Numbered from the stretch's first letter, positions 47,599-61,608 are shown. The stretch: 64,000 bases of DNA from Neoconidiobolus thromboides FSU 785 (GCA_025603075.1 MU626323.1:42135-106134), one strand, 5' to 3'. The notes: generated by a model from the letters alone, not told the origin. Numbers and translations: made by a program.

Positions 47599-49331
47599 AT
47601 GAATTTATTTTACTTCATTTATTGTATATATTTAGTTCTTCCAATTTTTAGTAAACAAACTTCATTTTCGAATGATCCATTACATTATGGTATTATAGTA
47701 GATGCAGGATCCACACAAACACGTTTGTATATATATCAATTTCATGGACCTTCAAACGCTAGTTATTCACCTTATGTTGAACCTGCTTTATTAAAAGATA
47801 GTGGTCAACAAGCTAAATTTATTCAAGAAGGTTCTATTGCTGAATTAAAAAGCAAAGATATGGAAGAATTTTTTAAAGGTAAGGATCCATGAATCATTAG
47901 AATAATAATGGCTATTTTTTTTAGTTAATATAAAGTTGAAGTTGAAGTTGAAGTTAATTTTTTTATAACTAATAAAATAATAAAATATAGGTATGATTAA
48001 CTTTGCTAAAGATTATATACCCAAAGAAAAACATCGACAGACAACATTTCATGTATTAGCCACAGCAGGAGTACGAGTATTAGGATTTAAAAAGATAAAA
48101 AAAGTGGTGAATAAAGTTAGTGAATATTTAATACAGATTAAAGATTTTCCATTTAAAATTGATGAAGATTTTGGGGTTCAGGTTTTACCTGGGGAATTTG
48201 AAGGTAATAATAATTAATAATCTTAATTAATATTAATATTAATATTAATATATATATTTAACAGGTGCTTATGATTGGTTAACAATCAATTATTTAGCTG
48301 GTACATTAAATAAATCAGCAGTAAAAGATAGTATAATATCAATAGATTTTGGTGGAGCATCATTAGAATTAACTTTTGAACCCACTGAAAGATTATCAGA
48401 AGGTTCATTTCCATTAAGAGTGAATGGTACTGACCGTATATTATATACCCAAAGTTATTTAAAATTTGGAAGAAATCAAGCATTAATTCGACATAGACAA
48501 CAATTAGTAGAAAATAGTTGGAGGTAAATTTAAAAATATTATATAATGTTTTTTAATAATTGTATTTTAACTGTATTTTTTTTAATAGTGAAATGGAAAA
48601 TGATACTGTCAAAATTGAAGTTATTGATCCTTGTTTTCCAATTAATTATCGACAAAAAATCAAAGTAGAAGTTTTTGGTAAAGTAAGAAAGGTTAACTTT
48701 GTTGGTGGTGGTAATTATTCATTATGTGAAATATTGACTTTAGATTTATTAAGGTAGAATAATAATAATAATATGTAATATTTTAATATTTCTTTATTTT
48801 TATAGAAAGAACGTATTTTGTGCAGCTGAACCATGTGGTATGAATGGGAAACATCAACCTAATTTACCATTAAATCGACCTATCTTTGCTTTAGATGGGT
48901 TTAATAAATTAGGGAAAATATTAAATTGTAAAGGAATAACCAATATACATTGTTTAGAAACCTCAGCATTAAATTATTGTATTGATCGTAAAATAGAAAA
49001 AGTGAAAGATAATAATAATAATAATAATGACAATAATAATGAAATATTAAATATTAATTCCAAATATAATAACAATTATTCAGAATGTTTTTTAGCAGCA
49101 TATGGTATTAATATATTAAAAAATGGGTTTAATATTGATACTTTTAGACAAATTCATTTAACTGATGATTATCATAATATCAATATTGGTTGGACACTTG
49201 GAGCTATAATTTATGAATTAGAAATTATGTCTTTTAAAAAAGGTTATTGTGAAGAAAATATTAATGATAAAAGGAATAGAGTCGGAATTAAGAATATGTA
49301 TTCTCCATTAAAACTTGATAGATTGTTTTAA
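47599..49331 (+). CDS. GDA1/CD39 family apyrase (NTPDase), multi-exon
   Basis: Apyrase conserved regions: ACR1 IVDAGSTQTRLYIY, ACR2 ATAGVR, ACR3 EG/AYDWLTINYL, ACR4 DFGGASLELTF and ACR5 GWTLGA. N-terminal hydrophobic segment. Confidence 0.88.
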
Positions 49332-49442
49332 AATATTATTAATATAATAAAAAGGATAAAAATTATACTAATATATTAATATATTTATATTGTTAACTAT
49401 ACTTTTTTAATAATAATAAAAGGTTTATTTTATTTTATTTTT

Positions 49443-49972
49443 TTAATTTTGTTTTTTATCTGTACTATTATTATTACCATCATCTTCTAAAAATGCTACA
49501 ATAATATAGCTGAATAAAATCACATTAGCTACAACTACAGCAAAAGCAGCTGCATAGAAACCTTCTCCTATTAAATATATTAGCCATTAAATAAAAATAA
49601 TAGTTTACATATAATTAAGAATCTAAATTTACCATTAAATAAATATTGATTACTAAAATAATAAGAAGCAATAGGTATGATTCCCATACCAAGAGAGAAA
49701 AACATTAATTTAAACATAACAGTACTAATCATTAATTACTTTAGATTTAGTAATAATAAATTTTAATGAATTAATTACTTTGGTACTTCAATTTGTCTAT
49801 TAACATTTTTATTAACATTTGAAGACAATGACGTTATACTTTGTTTTAATTCTCCATTGTTACCATTGCTTGTTGTTAAATCATTTTTTGTTGTTTTTTT
49901 ATTGTTTATTTTTTCATCAGTTACCTTTGTAGTTTCTACTGTTCTCTTTTTTATATTATTATTATTTTTCAT
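49443..49972 (-). CDS. VMA21: V-ATPase assembly factor Vma21 (3 exons)
   Basis: Exons KLMFFSLGMGIIPIASYYFSNQYLFN / FYAAAFAVVVANVILFSYIIVAFLEDD, with C-terminal KKQN* (KKxx ER-retrieval signal). Confidence 0.85.
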
Positions 49973-50151
49973 TGTTTTATTTTATAAAAAGATAATTTTT
50001 TAATATAAAAAAGTTGTTTAATGCTTAGTTCAGAAAAAAGTATCAATTTTATTACATAAGAATTAAGGAAAATGAAATAAAAATTAATAAAATAAAATAA
50101 AATAAAATAAGAGAATTAAATTAAAATATTAAATTTAAAATTATAGTTATA

Positions 50152-50217
<66 letters not shown>
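50152..50217. repeat. (AAT)22 microsatellite in the VMA21/DDB1 divergent promoter
   Basis: 66 bp of perfect AAT units. Confidence 0.95.
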
Positions 50218-50218
<1 letters not shown>

Positions 50219-50410
50219 TAATTTCTTAACGTAATCTTATTTTAAATTCATATTAATTTGAATTTATTCATTTTTTTAATTATCCCATAAAAAACTTTAC
50301 TCAACTTGAATTGAAACTATTAAATTGAATCTTTTTTTTCTTTTTACGTCATTTAAAATTTCTTTTATTTAATCAACATCAAAAGATCTAAAAAAATAGA
50401 AATTCAAAAA

Positions 50411-52455
50411 ATGACAACTCATGAGAATCATGGTTATTATTTAACATATACTATTCCTTCTACTTCTATTTCTCATGCCTTAAAGGCAAATTTTACTAGT
50501 ACTGAAGGCAATTTAATTTTATGGTAAGATTTATTTAATTAATTAAATCGATTGAACTTCCAACTAAAATTTATATTGAATTTTATTCTTTTAGTAAAAA
50601 TAATATAATAGAAATCCATAACTTAACTTCCACTGGTTTACAATTATTGACCACTTATACCATTTTAGGTCATATTTCCATCTTACATATCTTACCTGGA
50701 CAAACTTTAGATACTCTCTTTTTATTAACAGAAAAAAGACAATACTTTAATTTACGATATGATATCAAAACTAAACAAATTATTACTACAGTATCAGGAG
50801 ATTTTTCTATCGATTTTGGTTTACCTTTAGAAAGGGGATATTTAGTTACTGGGAATCAAGCTGTGTTAACACTGTTTTTAAGTCAAGGAAGTATTAAATA
50901 TTTACCATTAGTAGAAAAAGAAAATGTTGAAATAGAAAATGAAAAGTTAAGAAATAGTGCTACTTTTACAGCTAGAGAATTACAAGTTGGTGATGCTTTA
51001 GAAGCTTTAGATTATTTGTAAGTAATTTATTAATTATTTAAAAATAAGAATTTAATTTTTAATTATTAATTATTAATTATTTAGATTTGAATATCAACAT
51101 CCAATTGCAACTACATTTTTATTAAATAAGAATATATTAGTAGTATTATGTAATACTAAAGTCCATCAAAGAAGTTTGATTTATTTAGAATATAATAAAT
51201 TACAAAGAAAATTTTTTATGTTAGATAAAAATATATTGAATTTTGGTAATTCAATTCACACTTTAATTCCGTTAAATGATGGTAAATTTGATATTATTAT
51301 AAATTATTTAATATTATTATAAATTATTATAAATTATTTAATTTTATTTAATTTTAGATGGCCTATTAGGTATTGGAGATTTAGAAATTAGTTATGTTAA
51401 AGAAAATCAATTAAAAAAATTAAATTCTAATTTACAAAATATTATTTGTTATACAACAATTGATAAAGAAAATTCAATATTTTTATTAGGTGATAAATTA
51501 GGTCAATTATATTTATTAACGATAATTTATAAGAATAATAAGAATAACATTAAAGAATTTGAAGAAATTAATTGTGAAATGATTGGAATAACAAGTATTA
51601 GTAGTAATTTAGTTTATTTATCTAATTATTATTGTTATATTGGATCACATTTTAATAATAGTCAATTAATTCAAATTAATATTAATAAATTAAATGTTAA
51701 TATAATTGAACAATATAATACATTATCACCAATGATTGATTTAATTAAACATAATGTTAATGAATTAATTACTTGTTCAGGTAATTATAAAAATGGGCAA
51801 ATTAATATAATTAAAAATGGTATTGGTTATAAAATATTAGCACAATTAAATATTGAGAATATTAAAGATTTATTTAATATTAATAATCAATTACTAATAT
51901 TTAATTTTATTAATCAAACTAAAATTATTAAATTATTACAAGATAATACAATGTTAGAAATTCATTTTAGTAATTTTATACATCAACAAAGTAGTTTATT
52001 AATAAATTATATTAAAGATGATTTATTATTACAAATAACGAAAAATCAAATTATTTTATTAGATTATAATTTAGATCAATTAATATTTAATTTAAATATA
52101 AATGAGGATATTTTGTTAGCAACATATAATAATAACAATTTAATCTTATCTTATTCTAATGGTAAATTACAATATTATCAATTAAACTTCAATAATAATG
52201 AATTATTATTTATTAATGAAATTCAATTAAAAAATGAAATATCATGTATTTATATTTATAATAATATTTTATATACAACAACATGGAATCAAAATGAATT
52301 GTATTTTATAGAATTAAATCAACAATTAAATATTAATTATATTCATTCATTTAATGATGATAATATTATTAATGATATTAAAATTATTACAAATAATAAT
52401 TTAATTAATTATTGTTTTATTACTTATTTAAACGGAAGAATTAATTATTTTAAAT

Positions 52456-52487
<32 letters not shown>

Positions 52488-53653
52488 TATAATTATCAAT
52501 TAATATCTAATATTATATCATTAACTTCTAATACTCAAGTAACTAAATTATTAATATTAAATAACAATTCCATATTGTCAATTGCTGATAAGACTTATTT
52601 ATTTACAATTGAAAAGGAAGAAATTCAACAAACTTATATTAATGAATTGGTAAGTATATTATCGTAATTATATCATCAATTAAATCATTCTATTATTTTA
52701 TTGTTATATTAATAGTTTTATATTTATTTAGAATAATAATAATATAACAACCTTATTTAATTATAATAACATGGAATGTTTAATAACATATAATAATAGG
52801 GAATTAAAATTTATAAAGCTAGATAATTTTACAAAATATCATATAAAAAATATACCGATTAATGAAATACCAATTAAAATTCAACGATATAATAATATAT
52901 TAATTGTATTATGTAATAAGGAAGATAATAATAATTCAAAACCAATTATTAAATTAATTTCTATGGAAGATTATAAAGGTAATAATAATAATAATTAGTA
53001 ATATATTTGATATATTAAATTTAATTTAATTTAATTTAATTTAATTTAATTTAATTATAATTATTTATTTTAGTTAAATTTGAATATGAATTAAATGAAG
53101 GATATATTGGATTAAGTTTAATTCAATATGAATTAAATAATAATTCATATGTAGTAATTGGGTTAGCTGATGTTCAAAGTTGTAATTTAGAAACATCTTT
53201 ATGTAAAAATGGATTGTTAGTATTATTTCAATTTAATGATGATAAATATTCATTAAATATATTAAATCAATTACAAGTTTCTGGTTCAGTTCATAATTTA
53301 TTATTTATAAATCAATTTATTATTGCTTCAATTAATAATAAGGTAAATTAATTGTATAATTCTAATTTATTAATATTTATTTGAATATTTAGATTGTTTC
53401 ATATATTATAAAAGATAATAATTTTATAGAATGTAGTATTGTATTTAGTGATGTATTTTGTGTAACTATGGATAATTTTAATAATGAAATAATAGTTGGA
53501 GATTTAATGCGGTCAATAAAATTAATTAAATGTGATAAAAATGGCCAATTAAAAATTACTTATAATGATTATAATCAACAATGGATAACGAATTGTAAAT
53601 TTATTAATCAAAATAATTATATTGTTAATGATAATAATGGTAATATTATTATT

Positions 53654-53694
<41 letters not shown>

Positions 53695-54431
53695 TAATAA
53701 TAATAATAATGATAATAATAATCAATTAAAAATAATAACTCAATTTCATCTTGGTGAACAAATCAATAATTTCGTCGATGGAAGTTTGTATCCTTCACCT
53801 TCAATTTATACACATGAAGGTTTAAAATTGATATCTAAAAAAGGAAATCAATCATTTTCAAAATTTAATGAAGTTGGATTTATTAATGAAGATATTTTAT
53901 ATCAACCTATTTTATTTTCTACAATATCAGGTGCTATCGGTTGTTTAAATCCATTACCTAAAAATACATTTGATTTACTAAATCAATTACAAATTAATAT
54001 ATTATATCATTTAGGTACTATTGGTAATATTGATTTTAACATGTAAGTTTTATTTTAATAATAATAATAATAATAATAATAATATTTTATATCTTAGATA
54101 TAGATCTTATACCAATGAACAAAAAATATTACCACCAAAAGGAATAATTGATGGTCAAATATTAGAACCTTTTCTTAATTTAGATATCAAACAACAATAC
54201 GTTATATTATACCAAAATGATATTAAACTATTAACTAAATTTAATTTATCAAAGTACTATTTTAAAAATAAATCAACTATTGAAAGATTAGAAAATCCAC
54301 TAAAAGAAGACTGGTTTATTCCTGATATTCAAGATGGTAGAGAAATTTACAATCAAAATTTACCAAAACCTATTAATATTACAATTAATACAATAATAAA
54401 TATTATTTTGGATTTAAAGAGATTAAAGTAA
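50411..54431 (+). CDS. DDB1: DNA damage-binding protein 1 (DDB1)-like, multi-exon, Asn/Ile-rich
   Basis: YIGSHFNNSQLI, LSPMIDL, LITCSGNYKNGQINIIKNGIG, IIVGDLMRSI, FHLGEQINNFVDGSL, LFSTISGAIG and GIIDGQILEPFL occur in the same order as the DDB1 motifs. Confidence 0.85.
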
Positions 54432-55315
54432 GTAATAAATAAAGAGAATTAAAGTTAAATGGAAGTTAAATGAAAGTTACTTGATGCAATTATAATTATT
54501 AAAATATTATCAATATACTTATATATATATATTAAATATAAATATAAATATAAAGTTATTATGTCAATTTTATTATATTACAAATATTTTCATTTTAAAT
54601 TTTAAATTTTAAATTTATATTTTGTAAATAAAACAAATATCATTTATACTAATAGTCAATTAAAATATAAAGTATAAAATAATAAGTTTAGGTTTATAAT
54701 TAATAAATGTTAATAAGAGCTAATCATAAAATTTATATAAAAAAATAGTAATAAAATCAATAACAAAGTAATTTAACTTTATAAAAACCCTTAAATAAAT
54801 AAAAGTAAAATAAACTTGAAATTTATTAAATAGATGATTGAAGGTTAAATGATGATTATACTGCTATTTATCTGAAAATAGAGACAACTATTTTATGCAA
54901 TAAAGTGTCAAAAATAAGAATCGAAAATCTTAAAGTAAAAATAAAGAATAACAGGAATAATATATAGTTTACGATATAAGAACCAAAATAGAATAAAGGT
55001 TTATAAATACTTGAAATAAAATACAATTGATATTACAATAACTAGAAGAAGTTCTGTAATAAACTAGGTTAAGTTCTATATAAAAAATGGTAAATCTAAA
55101 CCTACTTTCCCCTAATCCTTTATTATTACTATAACTTTACTATATTGTTATAAAATAGATATTAAGGTGTTAACTTATAAAGTAATATAATAAAATAATC
55201 ATTTGAATATTCTATAGAGATAATTAAAAAATTGTACTATGATAACAATTCATTAGTATAGTAATAAAATGAATTTTAACTAATAAAAATATATTATTAA
55301 AAAAATAGGATATAT

Positions 55316-55413
55316 GGGGATGCATTTTTGTATTTAAGAATTTTACCAACAAATTTTCCATTCAAACAGCCCTTAAAAGATGGAAAAAATAATGAAGTAA
55401 AAAAAACACTCCC
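55316..55413 (+). mobile_element. MITE copy, TSD ATAT/ATAT
   Basis: ATAT-GGGGATGCATTTTTG...AAAAAAACACTCCC-ATAT, 98 bp. Confidence 0.88.
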
Positions 55414-55524
55414 ATATATTAAAATTTACTTTTATTAATTACTTTATTTATCATCATTTTAAAATAAACTAATACTACTTAATAAAGGTAGAAAATAATT
55501 AAAATTAAACATCACTAAACATTT

Positions 55525-55717
55525 GATGATATTTGTTTAAGAATTTTTTTTAATTTTTGCACTTAAATAGCGTTTAAGAGATGAAAAAGCGATGAAAGCC
55601 AGAAAAAACATCTTCATATGGGGATGTATTTTTGTATTTAAGAATTTTACTAACAAATTTTCCGCTTGAATAGTATTTAAAAAATGAAGAAATAATGAAG
55701 TCAAAAAAAACACTCCC
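55525..55717 (+). mobile_element. Tandem MITE pair (degenerate 55525-55615 and intact 55620-55717) sharing ATAT
   Basis: ...AAAAAACATCTTC-ATAT-GGGGATGTATTTTTG...CACTCCC-ATAT. Confidence 0.8.
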
Positions 55718-55724
55718 ATATAGT

Positions 55725-58700
55725 TAATAAAATATCTAAATCTATAAAGTGTAAGACGCTATTTTTTAACTCTATAAATTGATTGATGTATAAAGCAACT
55801 AAATGGGATAAACAAATGGATAAATCTAGATAGTTCTTAAATAATTGGAAGTCATTATCTCGCTTATATAATAAATGAGGATAAGAAAAAGAGTACACTT
55901 GATCATCTGTATCCATAAAATTTAAAAATCGAGATAAATAAGCCTTAATGGAATGCAATAAAAGAAATTTAATATCATATTTAATAGTTAGCTAAAACAT
56001 TCTTAATTTTTGATTACTGTAAAACTAAAAGCTGATTTTTTAAAGAAATCAAAGCTAAACTCTAAATCTTCTTTATTTAAAAGGTTATCACAATAAACTG
56101 GACTAATTGATCTTCCATTATAACTATTTATTACTTCTTTTAATATTGTATTCAAATGTTGTAAAACATTGAAATGTTTTTGAGGTAAAATAATAGCTTT
56201 TACTAGACTTCTTTTACTTCTTTCACTTAATTTAAAATTAAATACAGATGACATCAATTTAGTTATACGGTTTGGCATTTTAAATGCTTCATGATTATTT
56301 TTATTATCTTCAATCTTAAAAGTAATCTCTTCATTTTCATCTCTTTTTAATGTATATTGATAGCTTAAAATGAGGTACTCTGGATTTATGCTTCTATCTC
56401 TCCTGTTCCTCTTTGGTAAATCTATTGGCTTCATTTTTATCCAGTCTCTATTATAAAATGCATGATAATTGATAGTATATCCTGGAACCCTGATTTTTAA
56501 TTGATCTATTTGAGCTCGGAGATCATTATAAGCGTTAGTATTACTACAATCATTCTTGTTAAAAAGTCTTAGCAGTACGCTATGTAATTTATTAAAAGAG
56601 GGCGATGGTAAATTTAGATGAGCATTAGCATTTTCATTAAACAATTTATCTCCAAACCTAAAAAATACTGACCTATACCACCATATAAAGAACAATAACC
56701 TAAATTCACAGCTGAGTATTGAAATAAATCTACCATACTAAAGTTATTTTTTGTTTCTTGATAGGTAATCTTAATTCTAAAATAATTCTTTGTTATTTTC
56801 TTTAGAATGTAATGATCTAAATTAGATCGTACCATTTTTTTATTATGTATTAGAATATTGGAATACTTTAAAATATTCATGTGTCATTTCACAAATCCAT
56901 CTTTCAATGAATTGTCTTTATAAGGCTATTATTTACTAGCGTTTGGCCTATTATTGATTTAAAGATATTGTGTAAACTAATATGAATATTATAGATAAAC
57001 GCTGATTTTCCTGATAAATATTTTACATACTTATCATGGTTTAAAATAAAACTGGCAACAGAAAGCAGTGATATTAATTTTGAAAAATGATTTAAATCTG
57101 ATTTACTCAACATCAAGTTGTGCTCATGAGATAAGATACTTTTAACCAACAGACCTAAAATAAGAATAACTGAGCTTTTAAAACACTTACTGGTCTTATT
57201 TGGCGGATCTATATCATTAGAAATATAAGCATAGTTGGACTCATTTTGGGGCTCTAATATCTCTTTTTTTTAAAATAGTATAAGGTGCTCAAGAACCTAT
57301 ATTAAATTGTGTATATCTGATTCGGCAGCATTAGAAATCAAGTAATTATATCTGTCTTTAAGAGGAAAAAAGGCCAATGATTCTATCGATTCATTATTTT
57401 TTTTTAAACTTTGAAAAAGAGTGATTAATAAATCTAAAAGCTTTGATCCGTATACATTGTATTTATCTGGGTTTGAGTTTCGCTAGTGTGATTCACTTGA
57501 CTCTGGGATACAATAAGGGCCCTCAGTTTATAATATAAAGCTATGATCAATTAGATGTATAAATCTCAGAACTGTCAATTTCTTTTGAAAAGCTGTATTT
57601 GAACTCATCAGTCAAAAGTATTTCTTTACATAAATCAAATACTTTGATGGTCAAAACAAGGTCATACTCATTTGTATATTGGTTTATAAGTGTATAGGAA
57701 AAAAATAGATCAGAGAGGTTGAAACTATTAATAAAATCATTAAAGTCACACATTTTAGCTACTTTTATAAGGATATTGCTCAAATATTTAAGGAGCTTTG
57801 ATTTATTATAATCAAGCTTAAGGAATCATCCTTTAAGTTTATCTTCTCCACAACAATAGCTATGCATAATTTCATAAATTACTTCAAAAACAATTAAAGT
57901 AATATTGGACATTATTGGTGAATAATTTCATAGTTTCCTCGAACATTAGTATATTAAATGTATTTAAAGCCCCTGATTGTATAGTCTTTGGGTTTAATAT
58001 ACTACTCTTTATTAAACAAAATCAAGGTAACTACAATCAAAATTGGCAGAATATTCTATTTTGCTGGAAATAGAACTTCTCCTCCATAATGAACTGATCA
58101 ATAAATTAGTAAAACCTTAAAAGTTAAACTAAGTATAGCATTGATTATAAAGATGATATGGTTAAACAAATCGTCTACCCATAGATTAAGTATACTATTT
58201 CCAGGGCTATCCAACCTTTGCTTTGAAGAATCTAATTTTTTATAAAACATACTATAAGCATAATAACCGTGTACTGTATTTTTATATTTCCCAGGTGGAC
58301 TATGATTAGATTAGAATAAGAGCTTTAAATAAATCAAAGATACTTCGAAAAATTTTAGCTTACCATGAAGACCAAATAATACGTTATCATTTTTTATTAT
58401 TTTATAAAAAGTAATCAAAATCTCAAAGAAATAACATTCTTCTACTCTGTTAGAAAGAATCATCTTTTAGAAATAAGTATACTTTTTAATTTTATAAATG
58501 CGACTCAAAATGTAGACAAAATAATCAACTAAACAATAATGAAGCTCTTTAAAACGAGCTTCCTTATGGAATAATTCTTGACTTGTCCCCTTTTTTCTAA
58601 CGCTAGATATGAAGCTTAATTGGTGACATTTTGGTAAAAGAATGGGTTCTATAAATTTATAGTCTATACATAATCCTTCTTTATCTTTTATGTTATAGTA

Positions 58701-59807
58701 GAAATAGCATATTCTAGTAAATAAGCTAACAACTTTACCAAAAAACTTACATTGAAGGTTAGCGTAGGATTTTCTTCTAAAGCGTCACTGATAAAATTTA
58801 ACATTCTTTCAAAAATCTTTTCTTTCTATTTATAATCTTTGGGTTCGCCTTCGGGAGCAATGCAACTATCATTCTCATTTAGTAAAATACTCGATGAGTT
58901 TATTAGCTCACTAAAGTTTTTGGGTTCTGCTTCAAACCTTGAAATATAAGATAAAGTATTAACTTTAGCTTCCAAGAAACTGAACATTCTTGTAAAGACT
59001 TAGGAAGGCTTAGTATAATAATCTATAAACCCTTTATTTTGTAAGTCCAGGAATAAAATTAAAAAATGTTGGTTTCTGTAAGTTGTAATACTAAGACTTG
59101 ATAAGCAAATGACCTGTTCATATATTGCAAAAGCTTGAAAAAGGTATGATTTCGAAATCAAAGCTTCCATATCTTCAAATCTTTTATGGTAACTTGAAAC
59201 TAAATTATGGTTAGAGACTAAAAAATGGATTGGAGATAGTGTAAGTATATATACTTTTTGCATATGGAAGAGAAAAAGTACATACAAAAAAGAAAAGCGC
59301 ATCAAAGGTTTTGTAAAAGAATCCTCCCTCTCCAAGGATCCATTTCACTACTTCATTTGATTTATCTATCATTAAACATTTAAACCAGATTTTTAATAAT
59401 CTCTAGTAACCAATAATAATTATACTAGATCCTTTTCAATAGTATCGACCCTTATTTCCTATATTCAGTTGCTCTAGTCGAGCTTTAAAGCTTCTCTCAA
59501 ACCAATTGAGTAAATAAAGTAGATCATTCTTAATAGCAGAAGTGGAAAGGGATCTTATTTCCTTTAGTCTGAGTTGAGAATCATCTAAATACAGTATAGA
59601 TTTTATAATGTCTGAAGGTTCAAAATTGGACGGATCTTTATCACCTTCTATGTTGTCTTCTAAACTATTCACATATGAAAAAATTAAAGACTCTTTTTTA
59701 TAAAATTTAATTATCACCATCACAAACAATATTCTCACAATGATACTTATACTTAGTTTTAACAACTATTCCATTAGCCTAAACTAAAACAATCTCTTAC
59801 TCACCAT
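55725..59807 (-). pseudogene. Large decayed ORF (about 4 kb) of unknown family, with a possible signal/anchor peptide
   Basis: Chain of collinear minus-strand ORF pieces (59436-59765, 59000-59335, 57547-57783, 56904-57149, 56003-56695, 55701-55958) separated by stops and frameshifts. ATG at 59807 is followed by a GTGAG...TAG intron and a hydrophobic LLKLSISIIVRILFVMVII segment. Confidence 0.5.
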
Positions 59808-60025
59808 GTATATAAAAAGGGCATATGCACTATTAAGGTAATTTTAGTACTAAATTAAAATCATTTTTAATTAAATCATATATATTTAAAGTAAGAAATA
59901 AGAATTAGTAATTAAAATTAAAATCAAAAATCAAGATTAAAAACTAAGAATAAAACTCAACTAATTTTTATTATATGAAAAATAAATAGCTAAAAAGATT
60001 TTTTATTTTATTGTTGTTACTATTT

Positions 60026-60124
60026 GGGGGTGTTTTTTTTAGCTTCATTACTTTTTCCATCTTTTAAGCACTATTTCAGTGGAAAAGTTGTTAGTAGAAT
60101 TCTTAAACACAAAAATCCATCCCC
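60026..60124 (-). mobile_element. MITE copy (reverse), TSD ATTT/ATTT
   Basis: ATTT-GGGGGTGTTTTTTTT...AAAAATCCATCCCC-ATTT, 99 bp. Confidence 0.88.
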
Positions 60125-60688
60125 ATTTTGTGTTATTAAAAAACTTAATAAATCAAGCGCAAGCTCAAATCAAAAATGTAGTTATTAATGGTTTTGATGT
60201 TAATCTGCTTTGTAAATAGGTTGTATTTCTTTCTTAAACTCTCAATATCGCATAATAATATTTAAACATATATAAAAAAGCAAATAAATGACTTAAAGGT
60301 GTATTTATGAAAATTTATATTAATATCGTATTTGGTGGATGATATTGCTTAATTGTGTTTTTATTATAAGTTAATATATTGATATCTGTGCTTACATCAA
60401 CTATATAATCATAAATTTCAAATACTCCTTATCCGTAAATGCCAAATTAAATGGTACAAAAAATAAAGTTAGTATGTAAAATATATTAATAATGCTATTT
60501 TGATGATCAAACAATTAATTCTAAACTCTACCTTCTTATTTTAACTAAATATTGTACATATGCTACTGTATGTTCTTTTGAACTATAAGTATCTTAAATA
60601 AAATCATCTTTTAAAATCCAGATGTTTTAATCTTTTTTTATTTCTCTTATAATAATTCGTAAATTTAAAGATATAAGGGTTAGTATAT

Positions 60689-60782
60689 GGGGCTGTTTTT
60701 TTTAGTTTCCTTATTTTTCCATTTTTTTAAGCGCTATGAGTGGAAAGATTGTAGTAAAATTCTTTAAAAAAAACATATCCCC
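60689..60782 (-). mobile_element. MITE copy (reverse), TSD ATAT/ATAT
   Basis: ATAT-GGGGCTGTTTTTTT...AAACATATCCCC-ATAT. Confidence 0.82.
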
Positions 60783-61608
60783 ATATTGTAAAATCTTTAA
60801 AATTTTACAAAAGAGCTTTATTGTACATTCATATTGTTTTAATGGAAGTAAATACATTCAAAGTTATTAGTCCATAGGAAGTAAAACTCATCTTCAATTA
60901 AGATCGATATGGTTTACATGTGTTTTTATCAAAGTTATTATAAGGATAGAGTTGACAAGGTTATAAAGCTTCTTACCTTTTCACAATATTTTGTATTATT
61001 TTATTTTATTTCAATACAAAATTTATTGAAAAAATTAGCAACTTTAAATCTAAAAAATACCTAAAATCTAATCTCATTATATCAAGAGAACAATGGGCAA
61101 TTTTTTCATCCTTACCCAATTGAGTAGTGTTTTATTTTAACAACACTAAAACATAATAAGAATGAAGTCAACAACAGGAAGATAATAAACAAGAAAATAA
61201 GTTAAAATTATGATAAAAAGAATGGCTATTGTTTGACTACTGATACCCTGAGTTCAAAATTAACAGAACCAGATAAGATTTAGCCCTTTTTAGAGGATCT
61301 AAATCAATATAAAATTATGGAGAACTCTTTAGAAATCAAGATACTCTATTTTTAAGTGGCCTGTTGGTGAAGTAGACTTAAAGCTCTGGGTTATAGTTAA
61401 GCTGATTGAAATGGCGGTGAATATGTCAGAATCAAGCTAACAAAAGTGCTACATTTTTTATTCTAATTTTAATTTATGATTGTGAATTTGAAACTAAGTT
61501 AAGTTGAATAGAAAATATTATAAGTTATTCAATTTATATTTTTAAAACAAATGAAAATCAAATAAAACTGTGTTTTATACTAAGTACTTTTTTTTAGTAT
61601 AGTTTATT

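Noticed and set aside
55725-59807. Decayed ORF as the autonomous transposase for the MITE
   Set aside because: No DDD/E motif is recognisable, it has a signal-like leader, and the flanking MITEs are complete units with their own TSDs.
55725-59807. Alternative genetic code (stop readthrough) to explain broken ORFs
   Set aside because: All three stop types and frameshifts occur, and the intact genes read normally under the standard code.
7698-60782. Dispersed repeats read as a CRISPR-like or regulatory array
   Set aside because: The context is eukaryotic, spacing is irregular, both orientations occur, and TIRs plus TSDs explain them as a MITE.
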